Source: a virus
Taxonomy: Duplodnaviria > Heunggongvirae > Uroviricota > Caudoviricetes
Reading direction: 5' to 3' (one strand)
Length of the DNA: 64,000 bases
IMG/VR virus record: IMGVR_UViG_3300031555_002005
The notes below the pieces were generated by a model. The model was not told the DNA's origin, did no database searches, and saw only the letters and a list, made by a program, of their open reading frames with translations. Positions 18,981 through 26,344 of the stretch are shown here, one piece after another (the first letter of the stretch is position 1; each line of letters opens with the position of its first letter). Made by a program: the position numbers and the translations under genes.

Positions 18981-19118
18981 ATGGTAAATAAAGATAATTG
19001 TGATGCTTACGATAGTGGTTATTGTTATCGTTTAGGCAGACCTTTAACGGATGAAGAAGATGATATGTGCGAACATTGTTGTTGTGAAGATATTAAACAA
19101 ATAAAAGCAGAGTTTTAA
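18981..19118 (+). CDS. Cys-rich small protein (45 aa)
   Basis: Start moved to ATG 18981 after RBS AGGAG. Confidence 0.55.
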   Translation: MVNKDNCDAYDSGYCYRLGRPLTDEEDDMCEHCCCEDIKQIKAEF

Positions 19119-19129
19119 GAGGTAAGAAT

Positions 19130-19486
19130 ATGATTAAAGTTATATATAGTAAAGACGGACAACCTATTTCTGACTTTAAGGTATACGATGCTGTTGACGA
19201 TATGATTGAAGTTTATAACACCCATAGAAACACAATCACACAAGATATTCCTATTAAAACTTCTAGTGAACTTTATCTATCGGTTTTTTCTCTGCGTGTA
19301 ATGGAAGGGAAAATTTCAGCGGACGAAGTAGAGTTTTACTGTGAAGACGAAAAGTTAGAATTCGATATCTATTTCGGAGTTTCAATATCAAAAAATCACG
19401 CTATGGGATTTTTTGCGGAAGTTACTGAGAAAGCCGTTGTAACTGGATATAAAAATATGAAACGAGATAGATGTTACGACATATAA
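19130..19486 (+). CDS. hypothetical protein (118 aa)
   Basis: ORF track; RBS AGAGG. Confidence 0.7.
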   Translation: MIKVIYSKDGQPISDFKVYDAVDDMIEVYNTHRNTITQDIPIKTSSELYLSVFSLRVMEGKISADEVEFYCEDEKLEFDIYFGVSISKNHAMGFFAEVTEKAVVTGYKNMKRDRCYDI

Positions 19487-19517
19487 AAGAAGATTTTTAA
19501 ATGGAGAAGATAAACTA

Positions 19518-19724
19518 ATGGAACAGAATGCAAAGATTAAACCCTTTAAATGGGCAGATCTTACACTAGTTGTGCAATTTGAACATTGCACAAAGTGCAA
19601 ATATTTTTCTAGTTGTTATGATATAAAAGAATTGGCATGTGAATATGATGGACGTTCACGTGTTGTTAAAAAAGTGCCAAATTATATAAGTCAAGATTGT
19701 TTTAAGGAAGGAAGCGAAGATTAG
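19518..19724 (+). CDS. hypothetical Cys-containing protein (68 aa)
   Basis: RBS TGGAGAAG. Confidence 0.65.
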   Translation: MEQNAKIKPFKWADLTLVVQFEHCTKCKYFSSCYDIKELACEYDGRSRVVKKVPNYISQDCFKEGSED

Positions 19725-19726
19725 AA

Positions 19727-20254
19727 ATGAACCTAACAAAAGTAAGTAAATATATTAGTTTAATTTTGCGCCATAAGCCAGAAACAATTGGCATCAGCCT
19801 TGATGAGCATGGCTGGGCCAATGTAAAGGATCTTATTGATGGCGTAAATAAAACTCACAAGCTAGATATGAAAATGCTTGAAGAGATTGTAGCAACAGAT
19901 GATAAGCAGCGCTATTCTTTCAATGAAGATAAGACTATGATTCGTGCCAATCAGGGGCATTCTATTGATGTAGACGTGGAACTTGAAGAAGCTGTGCCTC
20001 CTGAGATGCTTTGGCATGGAACTGGTGTTAAATACATGAAGAGCATTGATACAGAGGGGCTTATTCCTAAGTCCAGATTGTATGTGCATTTGTCTACTGA
20101 TCCTAATACGGCAATGGAGGTCGGTAAGAGACATGGTGCACCTATGATTTACTGCATTGATGCGCTAAGAATGCATGAAGATGGATATAAGTTTTACAAA
20201 TCCAAGAACGGTGTGTGGTTAACTAAACATGTGCCTGCGGAGTATTTTAGGTAA
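19727..20254 (+). CDS. kptA: RNA 2'-phosphotransferase Tpt1/KptA
   Basis: Near full-length collinearity with KptA as I recall it: LRHKPE..GI.LD..GWA, FNED..IRANQGHS, WHGT, YVHLS, NGVWLT. Confidence 0.9.
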   Translation: MNLTKVSKYISLILRHKPETIGISLDEHGWANVKDLIDGVNKTHKLDMKMLEEIVATDDKQRYSFNEDKTMIRANQGHSIDVDVELEEAVPPEMLWHGTGVKYMKSIDTEGLIPKSRLYVHLSTDPNTAMEVGKRHGAPMIYCIDALRMHEDGYKFYKSKNGVWLTKHVPAEYFR

Positions 20255-20265
20255 GGGAAAAGCGA

Positions 20266-20448
20266 ATGAAATGGATACATAAGGAAAATATAATTGGAGA
20301 GACAGTCAGTCATGAATGCTGTTGTTCTAAGTGTGGGTATGTAACCATAAGATACTCGCATTTAATTTATGATTTGAGAGCGGGAAAGCCATATAGTGCG
20401 CCTAAGTATAATTATTGCCCAAATTGTGGAGAGGGAGTGGAAGCATGA
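20266..20448 (+). CDS. zinc-ribbon small protein
   Basis: CSKCG..CPNCG. Confidence 0.65.
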   Translation: MKWIHKENIIGETVSHECCCSKCGYVTIRYSHLIYDLRAGKPYSAPKYNYCPNCGEGVEA

Positions 20449-20702
20449 ATATTAATCAAAAGTGTAACGGTAGAAATAATGTAATGATTGGTAGCTGCAA
20501 TGTAATTAAGGGAAGCAACATTATTAGTGGGTCTGCTATTATTGACGGAACTGTTATTGTTAATGGCGTAGAATTGCCACCGCCTCCTACTAAGTGCCGT
20601 AGCACTACAATTATTAATAATAAAGTATATATTGACGGCTATGAATTTAAGAATGGCAAATGGAAGAAGACGCTACGGGCGTGGTGGCATTTGTGGTTTT
20701 AA
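20445..20702 (+). CDS. beta-helix repeat small protein (bactofilin-like)
   Basis: Start at ATG 20445; repeats GSxNVIKGSNIISGSAIIDGTVIVNG. Confidence 0.55.
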   Translation: MNINQKCNGRNNVMIGSCNVIKGSNIISGSAIIDGTVIVNGVELPPPPTKCRSTTIINNKVYIDGYEFKNGKWKKTLRAWWHLWF

Positions 20703-20714
20703 GGAGGTGTAAGT

Positions 20715-21509
20715 ATGCCCAAATTTTTTGTAAGTTCTGATATTCATAGTGCATATACTCCGTGGATGAAGGCATTAAAAGAAGCGGGTTTTGATGAAAA
20801 CAATCCTAGTCACAAAATTGTCGTATGCGGAGATTTGTTCGATAGACTGGATGAATCTATTCAGGTGTACGATTTTGTTAAGGACATGCTTGAAAAAGAT
20901 AAGTTAATTTACGTAAAAGGAAATCACGAAAGTCTAATGGAAGAATGCCTTGAAAGAGGATACCCTGGAAGGCATGATTGGTCAAATGGTACGGCAAAAT
21001 CTATTATTGACCTCGTTCCCCATGCAGAGAATTTTTATGATGGTTGCGCCGTCGTACGTGAAAAAATGAAATCTTTGTGGGGCAAGACTGTCAATTATTT
21101 TGAGACTAAGAATTATATTTTTGTACATGGCTGGATCCCGGTTATTTGCAAGGATAATTTGCCTAGCTATTATACTAGAAATAGAAAGTTTGAATTTAAC
21201 CCAGAGTGGCGTCATGCGCACTTTTCTGAGTGGGAACAGGCTAGATGGTTAAACGGTATGGATATGGCCAGAAAAGGCTTTGTGGAGCCTGAGAAGACTA
21301 TTGTATGCGGACACTGGCATTGCAGCTATGGTCATATGATGGATGATATGGCTAAGAATGGCCCATTTGATTGTATTGATGAATTTGGAGAAACTGCAAT
21401 TTGGGAACCTTATTATGGAAATGGTATAATTGCAATTGATCGCTGCACTGCACATACTGGAGAGGTTAATGTTCTTGTCATTGAGGATGAACTGTTGGAG
21501 GAATTATGA
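20715..21509 (+). CDS. calcineurin-like metallophosphoesterase
   Basis: SDIHS, GDLFDR, GNHE, GHWH motifs. Confidence 0.85.
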   Translation: MPKFFVSSDIHSAYTPWMKALKEAGFDENNPSHKIVVCGDLFDRLDESIQVYDFVKDMLEKDKLIYVKGNHESLMEECLERGYPGRHDWSNGTAKSIIDLVPHAENFYDGCAVVREKMKSLWGKTVNYFETKNYIFVHGWIPVICKDNLPSYYTRNRKFEFNPEWRHAHFSEWEQARWLNGMDMARKGFVEPEKTIVCGHWHCSYGHMMDDMAKNGPFDCIDEFGETAIWEPYYGNGIIAIDRCTAHTGEVNVLVIEDELLEEL

Positions 21510-21662
21510 AAAAGTTAACAGCAAAGCAATGAGCAAACATACAATGGGCAAAGGGGAAAAATCCAATTCACTTATTTGGTAACGTATATTTGGTACGCTA
21601 TAAGTCTACACAGCTCTCTAAAATCCCATTTTATTTGATCAAAATTTTTAAAGAATACCCTC

Positions 21663-21691
21663 TTGACAAATAGAAATAAATATGCTATAAT
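21663..21691 (+). promoter_or_regulatory. sigma70-type promoter (conserved cassette)
   Basis: cctcTTGACAaat-N17-TATAAT. Confidence 0.8.
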
Positions 21692-21708
21692 ACAGACACT
21701 TCAGAGAT

Positions 21709-21725
21709 ACAATACAAAATTAACG
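21709..21725 (+). promoter_or_regulatory. ACAATACAAAATTAAT box copy
   Basis: acaatacaaaattaacg 17 nt after -10, directly 5' of RBS. Confidence 0.6.
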
Positions 21726-21738
21726 AAGGAGTAAAGAT

Positions 21739-22071
21739 ATGAGCAAGAATTACTTTGCCATTGAAAGAAACGAACAGTGTTGGACTCCCGTAATCCTGGC
21801 GGATAGAAACGGAAATCCCGCATTTGAAGAGTTTTTTGACATGAGCTATGATGAAATGAAGAACAGTGCGCTGCTTGAGGATTTCGTTGTTGCCGCTATG
21901 GAGGCAGCGGATATAGTTTGTGGTGTAGAAGATGATCAGACTATCATGACGCTTGTGGGCAGCGATGATGTTTTCATTTGGAGTATCATTATGGGATATG
22001 AAAATGATGATATTCGATATTGCCTTGTTGACTGGAAGAAAGATGGTCATTCTTACAGATATGCAACTTAA
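21739..22071 (+). CDS. hypothetical protein (110 aa)
   Basis: RBS AAGGAG. Confidence 0.8.
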   Translation: MSKNYFAIERNEQCWTPVILADRNGNPAFEEFFDMSYDEMKNSALLEDFVVAAMEAADIVCGVEDDQTIMTLVGSDDVFIWSIIMGYENDDIRYCLVDWKKDGHSYRYAT

Positions 22072-22079
22072 ATACCCCC

Positions 22080-22108
22080 TTGACAAATAATGGAAAGTGT
22101 GCTATAAT
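22080..22108 (+). promoter_or_regulatory. sigma70-type promoter (first of tandem pair)
   Basis: ccccTTGACAaat-N17-TATAAT. Confidence 0.75.
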
Positions 22109-22158
22109 ACAGATACTTCAAAGGAGAGCGGCCTTGAATCGGGAGATTACAAAGGGGC

Positions 22159-22187
22159 TTGACAAATGAAGAAAGATGTGCTATAAT
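22159..22187 (+). promoter_or_regulatory. sigma70-type promoter (second of tandem pair)
   Basis: ggcTTGACAaat-N17-TATAAT. Confidence 0.75.
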
Positions 22188-22201
22188 ATTTACAGCTTAA
22201 A

Positions 22202-22218
22202 ACAATACAAAATTAATG
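22202..22218 (+). promoter_or_regulatory. ACAATACAAAATTAAT box copy
   Basis: acaatacaaaattaatg. Confidence 0.6.
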
Positions 22219-22233
22219 AGAGGAACAAAAAAT

Positions 22234-22578
22234 ATGGCAATTAAGTATTTTGTAAACGAAGAGAAGCGACAGGTTATTGGTCTGCTGGAAAACACTCGGT
22301 GGGACGCACTGAATAAGATTTGTAAGACTGTTGCGGATACTGATTTTTGTGTAGTGCCCAATGAAAAGTACATGATGCCCTCTGAATTCAGAACTGTTGT
22401 CACCTGTGATCCTAGAGATGAGTTTGATGTAGAGATTGGTAAGAAGATTGCCAAGGAGCGTCTACTAAAGAATTATTACGCATCTCTTGATAAGCGTGTG
22501 AACAAGTTCTTGGACGCTGCGCTGATCTTCAATGGAAAGGTATTCAAGACTCCTGAAACGCTTGAAAATAACACTTGA
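22234..22578 (+). CDS. hypothetical protein (114 aa)
   Basis: Start moved from box-internal ATG 22216 to ATG 22234. Confidence 0.75.
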   Translation: MAIKYFVNEEKRQVIGLLENTRWDALNKICKTVADTDFCVVPNEKYMMPSEFRTVVTCDPRDEFDVEIGKKIAKERLLKNYYASLDKRVNKFLDAALIFNGKVFKTPETLENNT

Positions 22579-22603
22579 CAAAATGTAAGATGTATGATAT
22601 AAT
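22575..22603 (+). promoter_or_regulatory. sigma70-type promoter for tRNA island 1
   Basis: TTGACA-N17-TATAAT overlapping stop of upstream ORF. Confidence 0.8.
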
Positions 22604-22617
22604 ACATACACTTAATC

Positions 22618-22634
22618 ACAATACAAAATTAATG
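22618..22634 (+). promoter_or_regulatory. ACAATACAAAATTAAT box copy
   Basis: acaatacaaaattaatg in the leader of a tRNA operon (no CDS follows). Confidence 0.6.
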
Positions 22635-22697
22635 GAAAGTTACGATTGAATAATGGGTAACGAGTCAGCTGATGAGGTTTAGAGCTGGCATGAATTT

Positions 22698-22774
22698 GGT
22701 TCCGTGGCTCAGTGGTCTAGAGCAGCGGGCTCATAATCCGTCAGACTTCGGTTCGAATCCGAACGGAACCACCA
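22698..22774 (+). tRNA. tRNA-Met/Ile2 (CAT)
   Basis: Manual cloverleaf: acceptor ggttccg/cggaacc, loop ctCATaa, T-loop ttcgaat, encoded CCA. Confidence 0.9.
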
Positions 22775-22777
22775 AAT

Positions 22778-22854
22778 GCTCTAGTAGCTCAGTTGGTTAG
22801 AGTATTCGCCTGATAAGCGAAAGGTCGGCTGTTCAAGTCAGCCCTAGAGCACCA
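22778..22854 (+). tRNA. tRNA-Ile (GAT)
   Basis: acceptor gctctag/ctagagc, loop ctGATaa, CCA. Confidence 0.9.
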
Positions 22855-22857
22855 AAT

Positions 22858-22983
22858 GACGGTGTAGCTCAGTTGGAAGAGCAATAGCCTTTGTCAGATG
22901 CAGGCTTGCACTAATTCAGTTCGATTCTGAAGTTTGGCACCATAAGCTATGGGTCGAGAGTTCGAGCCTCTCCACCGTCACCA
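22858..22983 (+). tRNA. interrupted tRNA: Lys(TTT) after removal of 50-nt nested insert (alternative register Gln TTG)
   Basis: acceptor gacggtg/caccgtc, D arm, anticodon stem atagc/gctat enclosing cttt+50 nt+taa, T arm gagag-ttcgagc-ctctc, CCA. Confidence 0.75.
22893..22942 (+). ncRNA. nested mini tRNA-like element (acceptor + T arm + ACCA)
   Basis: gtcagat/gtttggc 7-bp helix (3 G-U), ttcag-ttcgatt-ctgaa T arm, ends ACCA. Confidence 0.6.
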
Positions 22984-22989
22984 AAAGAA

Positions 22990-23265
22990 ATGGAGTTTAT
23001 TATGTATCATTCTTATTCTTGGAAGAAACATCATGATTGGGTTAAAGCGATAAGGAAAAGAAAAGTTGCAAAAGACATTTTCCCTTTTTATGACGAATGC
23101 CCCGAATTACATAAGCTCCATCATTATTCTAAAAATAAATTTCATTGTGTTTGGACTTATTCTCCGAAAACAAAGCAGAATGGAATTTATAACTACAAAG
23201 TAAGTGACATGCGAAAAATCCAAAGATTATTTGATTCTAAAAAAGAATATGATATGGTCCCTTAG
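22990..23265 (+). CDS. hypothetical His/Lys-rich protein inside tRNA island
   Basis: ORF track; 3' end overlaps tRNA-Asn start. Confidence 0.55.
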   Translation: MEFIMYHSYSWKKHHDWVKAIRKRKVAKDIFPFYDECPELHKLHHYSKNKFHCVWTYSPKTKQNGIYNYKVSDMRKIQRLFDSKKEYDMVP

Positions 23266-23331
23266 CTCAGTTGGCAGAGCAATAGGCTGTTAACCTATGT
23301 GTCGCTGGTTCGAGCCCAGCAGGGATCGCCA
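23256..23331 (+). tRNA. tRNA-Asn (GTT)
   Basis: acceptor ggtccct/agggatc, loop ctGTTaa, CCA. Confidence 0.9.
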
Positions 23332-23450
23332 AGCCTAGTTAGTTATCTGCGCAGATACGGCACATCCCATGGTTAAGGCGGCTGACCTTATAAAAGCCAC
23401 CCTGGTACGGTGATAATGCTTGCTAACGGCAAAACAACCGTACAACATAT

Positions 23451-23604
23451 ATCCCAGTAGCTCAGCTGGATAGAGCAACGGTCTTCGGGGAGTTCGTTAA
23501 AAGGTAAGATACTTTAGGATAAAACCTAAGGAGATTACAGTTCGAGTCTGTTGCTCCCCACCATAAACCGTAGGTCGGGGGTTCGAGTCCCTCCTGGGAT
23601 ACCA
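23451..23604 (+). tRNA. interrupted tRNA: Arg(TCT) after removal of 77-nt nested insert (alternative register Arg TCG)
   Basis: acceptor atcccag/ctgggat, anticodon stem acggt/accgt enclosing cttc+77 nt+taa, T arm ggggg-ttcgagt-ccctc, CCA. Confidence 0.75.
23487..23563 (+). ncRNA. nested full-length tRNA-like element with 6-nt 'anticodon' loop
   Basis: ggggagt/gctcccc acceptor, tttagg-ataaaa-cctaag arm, acag-ttcgagt-ctgt T arm, ends ACCA. Confidence 0.6.
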
Positions 23605-23610
23605 AAATAT

Positions 23611-23745
23611 CGGGAACAGGTGGAATGGTATACACATCGGAACCATAACTGAGTTTTGATAAAAACTTGCCAACAGCAAATACGTGGACGTAAAATCCGA
23701 CGCTTTTGCAAGCATCCTTGGTTCGAATCCAAGGGTTCCCGACCA
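23611..23745 (+). tRNA. tRNA-like gene with ACAGCAA-module insert in anticodon-arm position (anticodon uncertain, possibly CAT)
   Basis: acceptor cgggaac/gttcccg, T arm ccttg-gttcgaatc-caagg, CCA; stem tcgga/tccga encloses hairpin agtttt-gata-aaaact + ACAGCAA (23673..23679). Confidence 0.55.
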
Positions 23746-23748
23746 AAT

Positions 23749-23823
23749 GGTCCCGTCGTCTAGTGGCTAGGACTCAGGATTTTCATTCCTGCAACAGGGT
23801 TTCGAATACCCTCGGGATCACCA
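23749..23823 (+). tRNA. tRNA-Glu (TTC)
   Basis: acceptor ggtcccg/cgggatc, loop ttTTCat, CCA. Confidence 0.9.
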
Positions 23824-23896
23824 ATAAAGTAATTCTTGTCAAACGATACACAAAAGATGCTAAAGAATTACCTAATTTTAAAAGTTAGGTGATAGC

Positions 23897-24541
23897 ATGG
23901 AACAGAAGAAAAAAGATTATTCCAAGTATAGAAAAAAGTATTGGAGAGAACAAATAAAACATAGAGGTGTTCAATTTCTAGGTGGTGTGTGTCGTAATTG
24001 CGGAGGCGCTTTTGAAGATTGTTGCTATGATTTTCATCATTTAAATCCAAAAGAAAAAGACTTCACGATTGGAAATGTACAAACTAACGGAGCAAAAAGT
24101 TGGTTTAAAGTACGTGACGAATTAAAGAAGTGTGTACTATTATGTGCGAACTGTCATCGTCTTGCTCATGCAGGACTAATTGAAACAGATCTTCAGTTAT
24201 ATTTTAATGATGAATACTATGAATGGGATTTGACAAAATTTAAACTAATTGATTCATCAACTGGTTTGCCCAAGGATGCAAATATTACATGTCCTATATG
24301 CGGACAATACAAATCTCCAAATGCAAATAAATGTTCAGAGTGTGCAATGAAAGAGCAAATAAGATTTGAAGTCTCACGAGAAGAATTAAAAGAAATGATA
24401 TACACTATGGCATTTACTGATATTGGTAAAAAATATGGGGTTTCTGATAATTCTATTAGAAAAAGATGTGAAAAATTTGGATTACCATCTTACAAGAAAG
24501 ATATTCTAAAATACTCACCAGAAGAGTGGGCATCTATTTAG
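23897..24541 (+). CDS. HNH homing endonuclease
   Basis: FHHLNPKEKD...LLCANCHRLAH; C-terminal HTH-like tail. Confidence 0.85.
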   Translation: MEQKKKDYSKYRKKYWREQIKHRGVQFLGGVCRNCGGAFEDCCYDFHHLNPKEKDFTIGNVQTNGAKSWFKVRDELKKCVLLCANCHRLAHAGLIETDLQLYFNDEYYEWDLTKFKLIDSSTGLPKDANITCPICGQYKSPNANKCSECAMKEQIRFEVSREELKEMIYTMAFTDIGKKYGVSDNSIRKRCEKFGLPSYKKDILKYSPEEWASI

Positions 24542-24611
24542 ATATTATTCTATAAAACATAGACAATAAGTTTTAAGAATGTATATTCTGTTTTAAAGTT
24601 GTCATTTATAC

Positions 24612-24687
24612 GGTGGTGTAGCATAGTGGCTAATGCGCTGGACTGTCTCTCCAGTTACCGTGGGTTCGAGTCCCATCACCATCGCCA
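24612..24687 (+). tRNA. tRNA-Asp (GTC)
   Basis: acceptor ggtggtg/caccatc, loop ctGTCtc, CCA. Confidence 0.9.
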
Positions 24688-24690
24688 TAT

Positions 24691-24775
24691 CGGTGAGTCG
24701 CCTAGTTGGTTAGGGCAGCAGACTGTAAATCTGCCGGTTTTACCATCGTTGGTTCAAATCCAACCTCACCGACCA
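24691..24775 (+). tRNA. tRNA-Tyr (GTA), class II
   Basis: acceptor cggtgag/ctcaccg, loop ctGTAaa, long variable arm, CCA. Confidence 0.9.
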
Positions 24776-24917
24776 GTCCTCTTGATGCAGCGAGAGTAAG
24801 ATAATTTCAGCCGATGACAAGGCTATACATTGGTACTGCATTACCGATTCACGACGTAAATACGGATATAACAACGTATTTGAAGGACAGTGCCAACTAC
24901 TGGTTAGTTGGAGATCT

Positions 24918-24992
24918 GCGGTAGTAGCTCAATGGTAGAGTTCCAGATTTCCAATCTGGCTGTTGCGAGTTCGAGTCTCGTCTACCGCTCCA
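24918..24992 (+). tRNA. tRNA-Gly (TCC)
   Basis: acceptor gcggtag/ctaccgc, loop ttTCCaa, CCA. Confidence 0.9.
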
Positions 24993-24993
24993 T

Positions 24994-25160
24994 GCTATAT
25001 GGAGTATGCAACTTTAATTAAATGAATTTAGTAATAAAGACTTCGGGCCTTGATGCGTACGACAGGGCTTTATGTAAAGGTGGATTAATAAGCTTAGAAG
25101 TACAAAAAGCTAAATGAGTTTAATTCATTGGGGGTTGTGCATAGCTCCGCTTCATATAGC
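24994..25160 (+). ncRNA. unassigned multi-branched structured RNA candidate
   Basis: Closing helix gctatatg/catatagc, then tatgcaac/gttgtgcata, aatgaatt/aattcatt, ataaag/ctttat, agctt/aagct. Confidence 0.4.
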
Positions 25161-25214
25161 AACCACCTGAACAAATGACATAGTGTTATGTGTGGCTGAC
25201 CAACCTTAAGGTCA

Positions 25215-25700
25215 ATGAATATTGAACAAGTAATTCTTTATAAAAGAATCGAAAAAGTACTTAAGAATTACCTAATAAATGACTTGGGTGATTCACAAAT
25301 GAAGAAAAAGGAAAGCTATTGTTTGAATTGTGGAGTTTCTATACCAAATAGAAATAAATATTGCTCAAACAAATGCCAACTAGATTTCCAATATAAAGAG
25401 TATATACAGAGATGGAAAAATGGGCTTGAAGATGGTATGAGAGGTGAATATCTTATATCAGTACACATTAGAAAATATTTAATGGAAAAGTTTGATAACA
25501 AATGCTCAAAATGTGGATGGGGAGAAATAAATCCTTATACCAAAAATGTACCACTAGAAGTCCATCATAAAGATGGAGATTATACCAATAATTCAGAAGA
25601 CAATCTTGACTTACTATGTCCAAATTGTCACTCATTAACAGAAACATATAAAGCTGCAAATAAAGGCAATGGAAGAAAAGATCGTAAAAAATACACATAA
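25215..25700 (+). CDS. HNH homing endonuclease
   Basis: EVHHKDGDYTNN..LDLLCPNCHSL; start may be internal ATG 25299. Confidence 0.85.
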   Translation: MNIEQVILYKRIEKVLKNYLINDLGDSQMKKKESYCLNCGVSIPNRNKYCSNKCQLDFQYKEYIQRWKNGLEDGMRGEYLISVHIRKYLMEKFDNKCSKCGWGEINPYTKNVPLEVHHKDGDYTNNSEDNLDLLCPNCHSLTETYKAANKGNGRKDRKKYT

Positions 25701-25703
25701 TAT

Positions 25704-25777
25704 GCCCCGATAGTTCAACGGTAAAACGGTGGATTTGTAATCCTCTGTTCTCGGTTCAAGTCCGGGTCGGGGCTCCA
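25704..25777 (+). tRNA. tRNA-Thr (TGT)
   Basis: acceptor gccccga/tcggggc, loop ttTGTaa (one anticodon-stem mismatch), CCA. Confidence 0.8.
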
Positions 25778-25914
25778 TATTAAAAGCACAAGTGGATAAG
25801 TACTTTATAGTCAACTGACTAGTCATGTCACGAAAGGTAAGACGAGTTTGCACAAAAATGGCCATGGACATTTAGTGATGAATCCGCAAATCTACGAAAC
25901 GGAGGATATTGCCT

Positions 25915-25962
25915 ATGATTGTTTGTAGTGAATCCAGTGTGGGGGACACCCCACCCGCTTAG
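25915..25962 (+). CDS. conserved 15-codon uORF, copy 1 (MIVCSESSVGDTPPA)
   Basis: GGAGGA 7 nt upstream; TAG stop sits in loop of hairpin cccac/gtggg; paralog at 30959. Confidence 0.4.
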   Translation: MIVCSESSVGDTPPA

Positions 25963-26017
25963 TAGTGGGTTTCGCCGTTCCCACCAAAAACGGCGAACTT
26001 AATTAAGAGGTAATAAA

Positions 26018-26200
26018 ATGTGTAAACACCAAAACGGAAGTATATCAAGTATGTTTGGCATTCCAGTAGATCCTTGTGTGTACAAGGATATTGAAGCATA
26101 CAAGAATGTAACAGTAATTGTTAGCAAATGTATTCACTGTGGTGCTATTAATATCAGTTGGAAGCGTCAGGAAGATACTGAAGAAATTGAAGTTGAGTAA
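26018..26200 (+). CDS. zinc-ribbon small protein (60 aa)
   Basis: RBS AGAGG; Cys pairs. Confidence 0.6.
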   Translation: MCKHQNGSISSMFGIPVDPCVYKDIEAYKNVTVIVSKCIHCGAINISWKRQEDTEEIEVE

Positions 26201-26208
26201 TTAAATAT

Positions 26209-26299
26209 GGGGAATTGGCCGAGTGGTCGAAGGCAGCTGACTTGAAATCAGTAGACGGTGCTGAGCCGTCCGTGGGTTCGAATCCTACATTCCCCGCCA
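26209..26299 (+). tRNA. tRNA-Ser (TGA), class II
   Basis: acceptor ggggaat/attcccc, loop ctTGAaa, long variable arm, G73, CCA. Confidence 0.9.
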
Positions 26300-26344
26300 C
26301 AAAATGGGCTTACGGCTTCACCCAACCAAAGAAGCCGACGATAT

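Noticed and set aside
22216-22233. Track start codons that fall inside the ACAATACAAAATTAATG box or upstream of mapped promoters (22216, 34491, 46998, 55980, 62090, 2953, 18930)
   Set aside because: The ATG belongs to the repeated box, or precedes the predicted TSS, and has no RBS. Better in-frame starts with GGAGG-type RBSs lie 15-66 nt downstream, so the coordinates were adjusted.
22669-22676. CTGATGAG upstream of the first tRNA (hammerhead ribozyme core?)
   Set aside because: The downstream sequence lacks the required stem II-GAAA-stem III arrangement (only GAAT is present, with no complementary arms). It is most likely a chance 8-mer.
23462-23888. Track ORFs overlapping tRNA genes (23462..23746, 23497..23715 and 23535..23732 on the minus strand; 23706..23888 on the plus strand; also 24599..24799, 25635..25871, 26215..26472, 26897..27166, 27163..27384, 33701..33898 and 33998..34249)
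   Set aside because: They run straight through canonical tRNA cloverleaves or promoters and lack RBSs. They are artefacts of stop-poor structured RNA sequence.
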